Below, piece after piece: positions 1 to 12,211 of a stretch of DNA of 64,000 nt. Position 1 is the stretch's first letter; each line of letters starts with the position of its first letter. A program made the translations under genes and the position numbers. Below the pieces are notes generated by a model. The model was not told where the DNA came from, did not search any database, and saw only the letters and a list, made by a program, of their open reading frames with translations. This stretch comes from Octopus vulgaris (Eukaryota): contig OX597822.1 of the NCBI GenBank assembly GCA_951406725.2, positions 65,472,001 through 65,536,000 on the forward strand, read 5' to 3'.

Positions 1-202
1 GAAACCGTCGATGGTACGGGATATCACGATCGTGACTTTCGACCGTTCACGGTCCCTGTCAGTATGTATGTATACATGCGTTGAGTGCGGCGTCAGACAA
101 CTTTAGCTCGTATTTCTAGCATTGTTGATGTTCTTAACATTCTCTGTCATATTTAATGAAAATCATAATTTCCCTTTTTTGTGATACATTGCTAAACAGC
201 TG

Positions 203-270
<68 letters not shown>

Positions 271-273
<3 letters not shown>

Positions 274-1099
274 GATAAGAGTAAATAATTTCTATAAAGG
301 CTTTTAAAAAAACCCCAATTATTTACTGGTAGAATTCGGTATGTAAATATAGCCGATTACCGGCAGGAACTTCTGTAAAGTTCAGTATATATATTGTATA
401 TAAGAAAAAGGGACAGGCAAAACAGGTTGCTTGACCGCATACCGAAAAAATAGAAATAGCAGTCAAGAATGCTTATTTCTATCAAAGTTGGACTCCGGGC
501 ATGACAGACCCTGCAATTCACATATGCAAAACAGAAGGAATAGATAACGAATACGAAGTCTGGCGGTTATCTGTGAACATCATGTTTCTGGATTATAAAC
601 ATATTGAATATATATTCCATATATTTTTGAAATATATTTCATATATATTGCATATATATTTCACATCCTTCTTCAGCACAGCTTTCCATTGAAAAAGATT
701 TATCATAGATTTATCAAATGCTACGTACCTCAAACCTTCTGACCATGCGACATCAAAATATTTGAAGAAAGTGAGCAGAGGCTAAACCTACATAGACGTT
801 TGAATTCATAAATCTTCCCTCCAAAATTTTGCCATGCGCATTACAGTTAGGTTGTCAAATATATTTCAAAAATATATGGAATATATATTCAATATGTTTA
901 TAATCCAGAAACATGATGTCACAGATAACCGCCAGACTTCGTATTCGTTATCTATTCCTTCTGTTTTGCATATGTGAATTGCAGGGTCTGTCATGCCCGG
1001 AGTCCAACTTTGATAGAAATAAGCATTCTTGACTGCTATTTCTATTTTTTCGGTATGCGGTCAAGCAACCTGTTTTGCCTGTCCCTTTTTCTTATATAC
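271..1099 (-). mobile_element. Penelope-like pLTR / retrozyme-like HHR cassette with inverted duplicated end, between (TA)n tracts
   Basis: Arms 396-639 and 857-1099 are reverse complements (about 244 bp, one 1-nt indel). Both ends abut (TA)n. Contains an HHR at 571-681 and motifs shared with the 22.3 kb, 57 kb and 61.5-64 kb elements. Confidence 0.75.
571..681 (-). ncRNA. Type I hammerhead ribozyme with very long stem II
   Basis: Minus strand reads CUGUG-CUGAAGA-(A GGAU...about 80-nt AU hairpin...AUCC A)-GAAA-CAUGAUG-UU^CACAG. Stem I CUGUG/CACAG is 5 bp. Confidence 0.7.
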
Positions 1100-1132
<33 letters not shown>

Positions 1133-1133
1133 T

Positions 1134-1198
<65 letters not shown>

Positions 1199-1199
1199 G

Positions 1200-1230
<31 letters not shown>

Positions 1231-1237
1231 GTATATA

Positions 1238-1290
<53 letters not shown>

Positions 1291-1300
1291 GTATATATAT
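1100..1300. repeat. (TA)n/(CA)n compound microsatellite
   Basis: Direct reading. This tract is the source of the YI-repeat ORFs. Confidence 0.95.
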
Positions 1301-1357
1301 AAACGTATGTGAACTTTTTCAATAAATGGCTTATTGATGTGCATTGTTTCTCTTTTT

Positions 1358-1445
1358 TCTCCCTGAAGAAAATATCGCATTGTTTTACATTATTTCATTC
1401 CCTCTGGAATAATACCAATCTGTTCCTCGAAACATATGTCGGAAG
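1358..1445 (+). ncRNA. Hammerhead ribozyme-like motif (type I, long degenerate stem II)
   Basis: UCC-CUGAAGA (1363-1369)...GAAA (1429-1432)-CAUAUG-UC^GGA. Stem III is the palindrome ACAUAUGU. The base of stem II pairs poorly. The cassette 1303-1490 is TA-flanked. Confidence 0.55.
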
Positions 1446-1498
1446 TATAAAGTTTCGAATAACACCTGCGTTTAACTCCATTCCTTCATATATGTATG

Positions 1499-1554
<56 letters not shown>

Positions 1555-1650
1555 AGAGTAAGTACATTAATGCGAAACAAGTTAGAAAAAATAGTACTCG
1601 AATATCAGAGGTAAAGTAATATGCTTTATTAAAAAGAAGCAAAAATATCA

Positions 1651-1700
1651 CAAAAACTGTTACTCAGAGTTTCATGTTCCCCTTCGTCGGATGGTTTTGT
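1651..1700 (-). ncRNA. Degenerate minimal hammerhead ribozyme in a TA-flanked Penelope-like fragment (about 1553-1950)
   Basis: Minus strand: AAACCAU-CCGACGA-AGGGGAACAU-GAAA-CUCUGAG-UA^ACAGUUU. Core has U4C, and stems I and II have mismatches. Confidence 0.5.
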
Positions 1701-1969
1701 TTAGATAGCGTTGCTATTATTTTAAACTGTCTCATGTCCAAATTTGGCCAAATACGTTTTCTTCAATATATATTTTTGCATGCAATAGCCGGTTCTTTTG
1801 GTCAAACTATTGTATCTCCAGCTGCTTCAGAACCCAGGATATGAAAAATTTTCATTGTAGTACGACTGTCTTGCTATGAAATGGTGAAACTCCTTTTTCG
1901 TTTTCTGAAAAATGCAACGTTTTGGACTTGCGGCACTTTTGCATAATGACAATGGTATATATATATACT

Positions 1970-2050
1970 CATACATACATACATACATACATACATACAT
2001 ACATACATACATACATACATACATACATACATACATACATACATACATAC
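1970..2050. repeat. (CATA)n microsatellite
   Basis: Direct reading. Confidence 0.95.
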
Positions 2051-3707
2051 ACCACACACTGTGTATGTGTTTCATATGTAATTCTATATTTGTAATTTTA
2101 TCATACGACACGGCTTATTCGAAATCCTGCAACTTGTAGTTATTGAGAAGACTTTACCGGAAGCACATCTCGCCCCTTAAAATGGAAATGGGGGAGAATT
2201 CCGTCAAAGTATAGGCTTGGTTAAGACGAAATTTCGTAAACCGATGGATTGTTCGCTAACCAACCTTCAAAGAGCGGCAATGATAATTTTATGATTTGGT
2301 TAATATCATGGAATTTGATTTCATGAATGAAATGAAAAAGTTATCAGGATATATAATAAATTTTAAGTAGGGGAAAATGGGAAATGAAATGTTTTTAAAG
2401 CGTCCCCAAGAGTACTTAAGCTGTAAATTGCTGTGGCAAAATTCAGAATGCAGTATTATTTGTCACGATTTTCAGACATGAGACTACATCGTTCTCCTTG
2501 AAAATGCATTTGAGCTTCTAAGGCCAACGATATGGAACAATTTTACTAGTGAGCCACTCTAAGTTCGTCCGGCTTACAAGACATGGCTACAAAACCTCCA
2601 AAATATCTAACTTACAGTTCCTTTTTAAAAATATCTGCTTATTAAGTAACGTAATCTAAGATGTACTATATCTGAAAAAACAAGCTGCAGCATGATGGCT
2701 AGAATACTGTTCGACCTTAAGTGTGCTTCATATAAGATGAGTTGGTGCTTAAAGACTAACCTGAATAGCAAGATGTAAAAACTGGGAACCGATTTTTTGT
2801 AAGTTGTACTGATCGAAATAATACAAGAGTGTATAAAATATATTACCAAGTTTTAGGTACACAAAGCAGGAGTCTTTGTGTATTTGAGATCACATTATTT
2901 TCAATTAAATACAGTAATTTATTAATAAATACTTCATTATGTTATTGATAACTTGCAGGAAGCATATATTCATGTCAGATTTGTTTCTCAGTATTATTTC
3001 TGTTATATAATACGCACGATTATCGTTTGCTTAGAATATTATTTAATTATTGAGGAAGTACTGAGAGTCAGGTGAGAATTAAATTGAGAAAGAGCAGGAG
3101 ATAGAAACAAAAAAAAAACAAAAAACAGTTAGACAGAAAATGCGCGAGAGAAAATGAACAGAGCAGATAAACAGATATTTAGAGAGGTGTCGGAGCACTT
3201 ATGAGTGATGTAGGTATATATGTAGGGATAAACAGATTCATAGAAAGATAGAGATACCACTCACACAAAGAAGATAAGCAGATATAATATGTTGAAAGAT
3301 AAAGATAAAATTGCATTACACGATCAGAAAATATAATGTAAATGTACGATAGGTTGTGAAAATACAGAAAGGTCAGTTTATTATGATTTTCGTCAACATA
3401 CACTTATTGCAGCAGTCCTCCAGTTTTTCGAAGCCCTCTGAAAGCATTTGGAGGGTCGGGCCTCCAACCAGGACTTTCGCGACACCCTTAAAGCTAGAGA
3501 TTTTCGGCACCACCTCGTATGAGCAAATACGTATTTCGATACAAATATATTTGTACAGGAACGTGCAATTACAATTTAAACGCTTATTCATATACACGTA
3601 GCCATAGCCAGGCATCTCTTAATACATTTGTCTCCTTGTTTCTGTGCTTATTTCTCCACTTTCTATTTCATCTTCTCTCCTGCTCTCACTCTCTCTCTTT
3701 CAATATA

Positions 3708-4410
3708 TACAGGGGTTGGACAACATAATGGAAACGCCTTAAAATTTCAAAGAAATTTATTTTAATATGGGGTAGGACCGCCTTTGGCAGTGACTGCAGC
3801 TCGAATTCTACGAGGGTTGGACTCGTACAAAGTTTGAATTGTTTACAAAGCAATTTTTGTTCATTCTTCATCTAAAACAGTCTCCAGTTCTTGTAGTGAT
3901 GATGGTGGAGGATATCTAAAATGCATCATAAATGTTCAATAATATTGAGATCTGGGGACTGTGGTGGCCACATAAGACCTCCAACTTCATTAGAATGTTT
4001 CTCGTGCCATTCAGTAATAACTTTAGCTGTGTGAATTGGTGCATTATCATCCTGAAAGATTGCATTTACCTCCGAAACAGTTCCGCAACTATAGGATGAG
4101 TTTGATCAGATAAAATCCTGAAAGAGTCTTGACTATTGATTCTGCCATGAAGGGAAACCATTGGGGCAGCAGATTCCAAGATATAGCTCCCAGATCATCA
4201 CAGATCCTCCTCCATTTTTAACAGTTGGAAGAAGGCAGTCTGGGTCAAATGCTTCTTTTGGCTGTCTCCACACGTACACTCGGCCGGTGGTCGGAAATGA
4301 GGTAAAGGACGACTCATCCGAGAAAATGACATTCTTTTACTGCTTTAGGGACCAATTCTGTAGGTTTGTACTCCACTCTAAACGCTTTGCAACGTCTGTT
4401 TTCGAAAGAA
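3708..4410 (-). mobile_element. Tc1-family DNA transposon relic (DD34E transposase pseudogene, one TIR)
   Basis: Minus-strand translation gives VIFSDESSF and IFQDDNAPIHTAK...WPPQSPDLNIIEHL, interrupted by stops and frameshifts. The terminus TA-CAGGGGTTGGACA is at 3708. Confidence 0.9.
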
Positions 4411-4843
4411 GCTTGTTGTTCCTTCACCTGTCTTTGTCTTGTTTTCTGTAAATTTGAATTATATATATATATTTACTTGCAAAAATTGTCAAGAAGTGGT
4501 ACGGTTGGACATTTATTGTTTGATCACTACAATTGTTTCCACGCAACGTACTTCTCCAGGGTTGAAGGTAATTGACTATGTAACTGTTTCTCTGCATTAT
4601 GAGATGTGGTTGTGTTTCCTCAGGCGATATGTAATTATTGTTTCCGTTAGCTAAATATCCTCGGCTTCAAGAACATACGCATGTGTATATGCGTTTGCAT
4701 ATATCTATGTATATGTACATATATTATATATATGTGTGTGTGTGTCTATATACATATGTATGTTTATATGTATATGTGTAGGAATATATATATTTATATG
4801 TATGGGTGTGAGTGTGTCCGCATGCTCAAGTATGTATCTTTGT

Positions 4844-4882
<39 letters not shown>

Positions 4883-5538
4883 ATAGATATCTATATATGT
4901 GTATGTGTACGTGAATGTCTGTATATATATATATATATGTACATAACTGTGTACATGTGTATGGGCGTATTTGTCCGAGCGTTGAATGTTAAAAGTCAGC
5001 TAAGGATAATCGCATGTGTAACCAAACAGAAGTACAAATCAGCAGTAATATAACGCAATCCTTTTTTAAAACGGCAACCATTTTACCAATACCACTACAT
5101 CTACACATTCAAGCAGTCTGCCACCGGCCCTTCCACAACAACCCAGCCTGATAAGCTCAGTGACTACTAAATTCAGGCCACAACAGACAGAGGGGATGTT
5201 CTTGCAGCCGATGATTTTAAACTCACGGAGACAATATTAACAAATCGCCTGAGGAAACACAACTAGATCACGTAACGCAGGGAAAAAGTTGCATATCAAA
5301 ATACATGCTCTCCTGAAGAAGTACGGTGCGTGGAAACAATTGTAATGATTAAAAAATAAATCTCCAACCGTACCCTTTCTTCTTGTCTCTAATGTTTTCA
5401 ATTATATATTCACACACGACAGATGCCCAAATGCAAACCTGGAAGTTCATATAATGCTACAATCTGAAGGTGGATGAGGTTTATACTGCACTATACTACA
5501 TTCATAACAGACTATATCATATATATATATATATATAT

Positions 5539-5731
5539 AAGAGAACCATAATAGCCATTCACTAGTAAACCGCAAATAAAAATTAAAGTTTTAATTTTTA
5601 TTTGCGGTTGAAGCTTTGCTGTTATTTCTAGTGGGTGAATGGCCTATTATGGCCGTTCCTGATTGCTGATGAACTTAAAATGGTCTATGACTATTTAATT
5701 TTTTCCCACTAGCGCTGGTATCTACAAAATT

Positions 5732-5736
<5 letters not shown>
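5539..5736. repeat. TA-flanked fold-back element
   Basis: Nested inverted repeats: CCATAATAGCCATTCAC / GTGAATGGCCTATTATGG and AACCGCAAATAAAAATTAAA / TTTAATTTTTATTTGCGGTT. Carries the GCTGTTATTTCTA motif seen in the HHR cassettes. Confidence 0.6.
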
Positions 5737-5790
<54 letters not shown>

Positions 5791-5950
5791 TATACAAGCA
5801 TGGACATATATTATATACACATACATATCCATTTGAACATTTATCAGACAAAGTTTTCAGTGGGCACAGGTCTTGTCCCATATCCCTCAACTTTTCAAAC
5901 TTGATACCTTATTATGGGACCGCATGTATATCAGCTCATACACACCCACA

Positions 5951-6217
5951 TAAATAAATAAAAAATAAATGCGCCCTTTTAAAGCCTGGCCAGGCTCATT
6001 GGTCCGGTTTCCCGGTTTCAATGGTGTATGTGTTCCCCAGCTGGACGGGACGCCAGTCCATCGCAGCGTTACTCATTTTTGCCAGCTGGGTGGACTGGAG
6101 TAACGTGAAATGAAGTGTTTTGCTCAAGAACACAACGCGTCGCCCGGTCCAAGAATCGAAACCACCATCTTACGATCATGATGCTGACACCCTAACCACT
6201 AAGCCACGCGCCCCCAC
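5951..6217 (-). mobile_element. tRNA-derived SINE, family B
   Basis: Near-identical reverse complement of 10834-11096. tRNA-like head with A/B boxes and a (TTTA)n tail. Confidence 0.85.
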
Positions 6218-6455
6218 ACACATCAACATGCAGATGTATTTATAATGACAAACTATTCGTTCAAATAGAATCTGATACAACACACCATAAATAGTATATG
6301 GACAGGCGTACACTCAGAATTTTACATCATATTCTCAGCCGTGACGTAAAGCAATCTTGCTCTAAAATATAGATACAATGATCTCTTTTAAAACACGCAT
6401 GCACTACTTTATACATGCATGTACAAACATAGAACACATACAAACATACTCCCTT

Positions 6456-6456
<1 letters not shown>

Positions 6457-6518
<62 letters not shown>

Positions 6519-6519
6519 C

Positions 6520-6580
<61 letters not shown>

Positions 6581-6600
6581 ATATATATATATATATATAT
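6457..6600. repeat. (TCTA)n-(TA)n microsatellite
   Basis: Direct reading. Confidence 0.95.
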
Positions 6601-7430
6601 TTTCCTCAATTTTCATGGAGAAACATTTGCAACGAAGAGAGATGTATCAAGATTTTTCCTTACGTAGAAATATTATTGATTTTCCTATTCACAACCAATG
6701 TTGTCTTTTGACAATAACGTTTCATATGCAAATATTAGCCTAATATTTCAAACTGAAATTATTTCATAGATCCGCAATTCATATGCGCAGAATAGTTAGT
6801 TGCGCAGTTTTTTTTTTCTTCTTCCATTTCTGCCAGAATATTTTTAAAAAATATTTTTTCCTGAATAAATTATTTTTCGACATTAGAAAAATAATTGCTA
6901 CCGAAATAAACACAAACAAATTATAAACGACTATTCAAAATAATTATTCGCTATAGTGGTAGTTGAAGCTCTCAGACTTCAGGAGGTCGCATAAAATGGA
7001 CATAACCAGTAACCATTGACGTTGTTTTGTGAGGCTGTTAAAGACAAATAAACAGAATTTTGCGCAAAGTATTGATTTTCTTTTGCCCAAGTGCAAACCT
7101 TTGCATTTGGTTTTTGTATGAGATAATAAATCAGATCAGGTTATATTAATGCTATTCTAAAGGGTATTGACACTGCAAATACAACGAAATAAATGCAACT
7201 CTCAATGGCGATATGAAAGTTAAAGTTAACCTCGGCAAGGGACGAACCCATAGCAAACAAACTAAATCCGACAAGGCGTTTAGTTCAGCGTTTTGAGCCA
7301 CCAGTGATCGATTGATGGGATACTGAACAAATAATTTTGTCCCCATCTCTAGCTACTCTGTATTAAGGCATTAAAACATTAAATTGTGGGATAGGTTCCG
7401 CGGACTGGAATGAGTCAACACTAAAAGTAT

Positions 7431-8129
7431 TGGAAGTATTGGGTTGTCAGGAAAGTTCGTGCCGATTTTTAAAGGAAACAAAAAGGTCAATAAATACTTG
7501 CCATTACATCCTTAATCAACCAAATATGAACCATTTTGTTTCACAATGCGTCTCTGGAAGTATTGGGTTGTCCGGAAAGTCATGCCGATTTTTAAAGGAA
7601 ACAAAAAGGTCAATAAATACTTGCCATTACATCTTTAATCAACCAAATATGAACCATTTTGTTGCACAATGAGTCTCCATCTTTCCTTTAACTTGAAAAT
7701 ACACTCTTCCCAGAATTGAGTAGGTTTCAGGGCAAATAATTCATCAAGGTATCTTTGAACGTCATCCAAGGAGTTGAAATTTTTACCATTAAGACTATTC
7801 TGTAGAGACCTGAATAAGTGGAAATCTGAAGGAGCAATATCTGGTGAATATGGAGAGTGAAGTAACACATCCCAGCCGAGCTGCAGCAATTTTTGTCTGG
7901 TTCCCAAAGCATCAATTGCCGAAAATAAACTTTCTTATTTTCTATTTTAATGGGTTACAGAATTAACACAGAATATAGGAACATAAACCTTCTTACACGA
8001 AAAGATAGCTTAAACTGTGTTCTAAATGGGGGTGTAGTCAAATCCTATTTTATGGACTCAACCATGTTCTAAAATAAGTCGAAATTTAAGCTACTATAAA
8101 TCGGCGCGAACTTTCCGGACAACCCAATA
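7431..8129 (-). mobile_element. Internally deleted mariner element with tandemly duplicated end
   Basis: TIRs TA-TTGGGTTGTCCGGAAAGT (7561) and ACTTTCCGGACAACCCAA-TA (ending 8129). ORF 7635-7907 carries HSPYSPDIAPSDFHLFRSL, the mariner C-terminal catalytic motif. 7431-7554 duplicates 7555-7678. Confidence 0.92.
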
Positions 8130-9429
8130 CAATAAAACTATTTTGGTATTTTGTTAGACCAGATTACTCTGAAAGTTCATATAGGTTTGGCTCAAGTTGA
8201 AGACCTCACTATTAAACGCTACTTTCGACTGTCCAAACCACTCTCCAAACGCCTCAGAGATAAATAACTGAGTGTACCAAAATTTCAATCACCTTTAAAT
8301 CAAACACCCTCCATATCATTAATACTATATAAAAAATATGATCTTACATGAGCTCAAAATATGCTTGAGATAATAACATAATGACCACATATATTCTTAA
8401 TATATCGCTAAAAATATCTTAAAAGGTGAAGGACGTTTGAGAATATGTTGTCTTAGCCGTTACTATATTTGAAACAACAAAACAGACAACTAATTGTTTA
8501 CAAATGGAAAGTCATTGATCATATGTCTTCTAGATTACGATTTAACTTGGGTTATAGAAGAGAACGAAATCCAGCTTCAAACAATAATAGTTCCTTGAGA
8601 CACTAGATATAGTAGCTAAAGCTCTCTCAATTGGTAGTCTACAATTTTGAATACGAGAGGAATATTAGATTATGTAATCTTAGGCAGGCTAAGACCTGTT
8701 AAATACAGCCAGATCTCCTCTGATCCGTGTTCTCTGTGCCTAAACACGGTCGACAGCAATAAAATGTATCGCTTAGCATAATGTAAACCAAATAAAATTT
8801 TTGCCGGAATTTACGGGAAAAAAAAAGCGAAGTACAGTTATGATTAATGAATTATATTTTTTTATTTTCGCTTAGAAGAGAAGACTCCGTGTTTGACGGT
8901 AACATTGTAAGTATCCTCAAATCGGATTCCATATAGGTGTTGGCAGATTTTGCATACAAAACCAAAAGAGTCGGAAAGATACCGTCAGGCATCCAGCCCG
9001 ATCTTCTTACAATACTGCCAGTTCACCATTTTTGATTGATGCATTTATTTTTATCTTAATCGGATGAAAGTCTAAGTTGACCCAGGCAGAAATTGAACTC
9101 AGAAAGTTGGATCAAAACGTTTATTATCCGATTACTTAACGACTCTGTCAACACATCGTTAAGTTAATAGAGGTAATTACCCGGTAAGGCAACAGTGCTT
9201 ATATATTTTAGGGTGGAAGATGATAGATCGAAATATTGGGTGACATTGTCATTCACGAAAGATACATCAGCAATTTTATCCAAATTTGTTTATATTTTGA
9301 TTTAGTCCCCACCCTAAATCTGATTGAGGGCAATAGATTTATCTGCCTTGAATATACCGTCTTTATATTCAAGGCGGTGCCCCAACATGGTCGCAATCAA
9401 ATGACTGAAACAACCAAAAGAATACAATA

Positions 9430-9948
9430 TCTCTATATCTATAAACGACAAAATATTTGTGTATCTTTGTGTCTGTGTGTCTCTGTGTCCTTTATATAAA
9501 TCCACAGTTTTTCACGTAAAAGGCTCGCATTTTTTATGTGCTTTCAAAACTGACTGAGGGTGTTCGTGAAGATATTTTTATTTCCCCAGTCACCCCAGAA
9601 AGCCATTAAAAAAAATCTATAAACCGATCCCTCATGCCCATAAGTTATTTTACCGTCCAAATTCGAGTTTTTCCCTTTCTTCTGCCTTCTTTTTTGTCCG
9701 ATTAATGGCATGTACATAGTCCCGCTCATATTCCATGATTATGCCCTTCCAGGTGTAAAAACCGAAGTCCAATGAATATTAATTACTCTCATAAAAAGTT
9801 CCAACTAGCTCATAAACAACAAAATTGGCCCGGGCTGAAATGTGGTAAGAAACTTAGCTCTTGATTTAGTGAGAAATTTTTTACTTCGACTCGGCAACGA
9901 ACAACAAGCAGTAGCACTGGACCCGGCAACGCTGGGTCATAGTGCTAG
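9430..9948 (+). mobile_element. Non-autonomous Helitron
   Basis: Begins A|TC and ends CTAG|T. Subterminal hairpin GACCCGGC-AAC-GCTGGGTC at 9920-9938. No TSD. Sits in the tail of a SINE-A 3' fragment (about 9361-9428). Confidence 0.8.
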
Positions 9949-10833
9949 TAATGATATATAGTATCAATTTAACTAATGTGCCCTTCAGTCTCAATTGGGG
10001 TGAATCATGGTGTAATATACTTTTATCATTCTTTATTCAAGGGAGATAACAGATAAAGACTTTAAAACAATTTTCTTACATGACTGGTAAGAATAACGGA
10101 TTATAACTACTTGCTATTCTCCAAGTACTCGCTTAGCCACAACATAGTTAATGCTTGATTACTTCCATCATCATCATGATCTTCATGATCATGATCATGA
10201 TCATCATTATCATCATCATCAGCATCAACAACAGAAGCAACTACAACAATAATAGCAACAACGCCAAAAAAGAAAAACCTTATCAGAATTTCTCTCCTGT
10301 TCTTTCTCCTTTGTTCCCACCAACATTTCCTCTTCCTCCTCATCCTCATCTAACGGTCATCAATCAAACAAGACGAACAACACCATAAAATATGTATTTA
10401 TCATTGTCCTCATTAACGGTATTTCATTTTTCTCATTAGTCTCAGTTAAGTAACAATAACACCAGGGGTCGTTATGGCAGACTCATCACAGACAGAATTA
10501 AAGGAAAAGAAGAAAAGAATTCTTCGCATCCATTCAGTTTCCGACCATTCTTTTGTTACAGTTATTGTTTAGTACCAGGGCATCCATGACTGAAGCGTTC
10601 CTACCGTGGTCAACGAGTTTACTTTTCTTTAGATTATCCCATAATTTTCGCACCTCTACGTGTCTGTACAACGTATGAATTGTTTTACGAAATAATTGCA
10701 TCACAGATTAATCATAACTGTCATAAGAGTTTCACACACACACACACACAGACACACACACACACACACACGCACGCAGTTATTATCATTTTCTCTATAG
10801 TTTAACAGTATTCTATTCTGTAATGGTCTTTGT

Positions 10834-11096
10834 GTGGAGGCGCGTGGCTTAGTGGTTAGGGTGTCAGTATCATGATCGTAAGATTGTGGTTTCGATTCTT
10901 GGACCGGGCGACGTGTTGTGTTCTTGAGCAAAACACTTCATTTCACGTTGCTCCAGTCCACCTAGCTGGCAAAAATGAGTAACGCTGCGATGTACTGGCG
11001 CCCCGTCCAGCTGGGGAACACATACGCCATTGAAACCGGGAAACCGGGCCCACGAGCCTGGTTAGGCCCTTAAAAGGGCGCATTTATTTATTTATT
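10834..11096 (+). mobile_element. tRNA-derived SINE, family B, with 13-bp TSD
   Basis: Head GGCGCGTGGCTTAGTGG...GGTTTCGATTC and (TTTA)n tail. TSD TAATGGTCTTTGT at 10821-10833 and 11097-11109. Confidence 0.9.
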
Positions 11097-11553
11097 TAAT
11101 GGTCTTTGTACATAAACTGCTCAAGAATATTTTTCAGTAACTCTGTTATTTAACAACTTGTACATGGGGACAACGTATTTGACATTTAATGTTATAAATG
11201 ATATTTATTATAGAATATATTGAAAGTAACCAAAATTGAATAGTGTTTGAGTGTTTAAATTACTACTTGGTCAAAACAACGACATAATAATACGTCTAAC
11301 TTTTTCCTGTGTTTCTCTTATATAATGTAATCTCATTACATCTCTTATTTTTACCTTTAATTTTTCTCTCATGATGATTTGTTTGTAATAATATTCAGAC
11401 GCTCTTCAATAACATCATTTATGTATATCATATCTATATCTATATCTGAAGCCTATTTCAATTTCTCAAGATGTGGTGGTCAGATAACCTAAGTTCTTTG
11501 CTGTATTTTACCAGCTCTATATACCATTCTACACATCTTAAGATCCGATATAT

Positions 11554-11587
<34 letters not shown>

Positions 11588-11625
11588 ATATAAGTGTGTG
11601 TATATGTATATGTATATATATATTT

Positions 11626-11687
11626 TTCTTCTTCTTCTTCTTCTTCTTCTTCTTCTTCTTCTTCTTCTTCTACTACTACTACTGCTG

Positions 11688-11727
<40 letters not shown>
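11626..11727. repeat. (CTT)n(CTA)n trinucleotide tract
   Basis: Direct reading. Confidence 0.95.
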
Positions 11728-11801
11728 CAGTTATTATTATATTTCATATCCCACAAAACAGATACCAACACCTTATGTGGTGAAAACTTTCTTTAGCCTA
11801 G

Positions 11802-11861
11802 GCCGAAGACAGTGGGTAGGGAAGGGAAAAGCATCTCCTTTCCCTACCCACTGTCTTCGGC
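11802..11861. other. 26-bp near-perfect hairpin with 8-nt loop
   Basis: GCCGAAGACAGTGGGTAGGGAAGGGA / TCCTTTCCCTACCCACTGTCTTCGGC, with one G-U pair. Confidence 0.85.
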
Positions 11862-11927
11862 TCTTGTACCTTGGAGGTGAACTTTCTAGGTGCAATCCCA
11901 TGGACCGAAGCGGGTTTTTACCCTTTA

Positions 11928-11998
<71 letters not shown>

Positions 11999-12166
11999 AT
12001 ATATATATATGTATATATATTTGTTTTGCAAGATTCTTGATGTAAATTCGTATGTTGACACAGTGTATTTGGGGATGGTCATGTTGCCAGTTTAGCCAAT
12101 AAAAACACACACACTATATATTTGGTGTTCACTTGCTTCAGTTTTATTTTATATTAATCGTATTTC

Positions 12167-12211
12167 GGCCAGAGTTCTTTCGTCACACTTATGTGGCTTC
12201 GTTAGTGGTCC
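12167..12211 (-). ncRNA. Degenerate minimal hammerhead ribozyme
   Basis: Minus strand: GGACCA-CUAACGA-A-GCCACA UAAG UGUGAC-GAAA-GAAC-UC^UGGCC. G5A core change and a tiny stem III. Lies just inside a TA-flanked segment. Confidence 0.45.

Noticed and set aside
150-207. AAACAGCTGTC palindrome resembling an HHR stem III
   Set aside because: No intact CUGANGA or GAAA core.
1-2180. Possible exon end at 61 (CA|GTATGT) joined to 2140-2180, giving ...FTVPVIIEKTLPEAHLAP*
   Set aside because: The frame is compatible, but the acceptor is weak and the peptide is unrecognisable. It needs RNA evidence.
10834-10910. tRNA gene calls for SINE heads (here and in the other copies)
   Set aside because: They have A/B boxes but no full cloverleaf, and each continues into a SINE body with tail or TSD.
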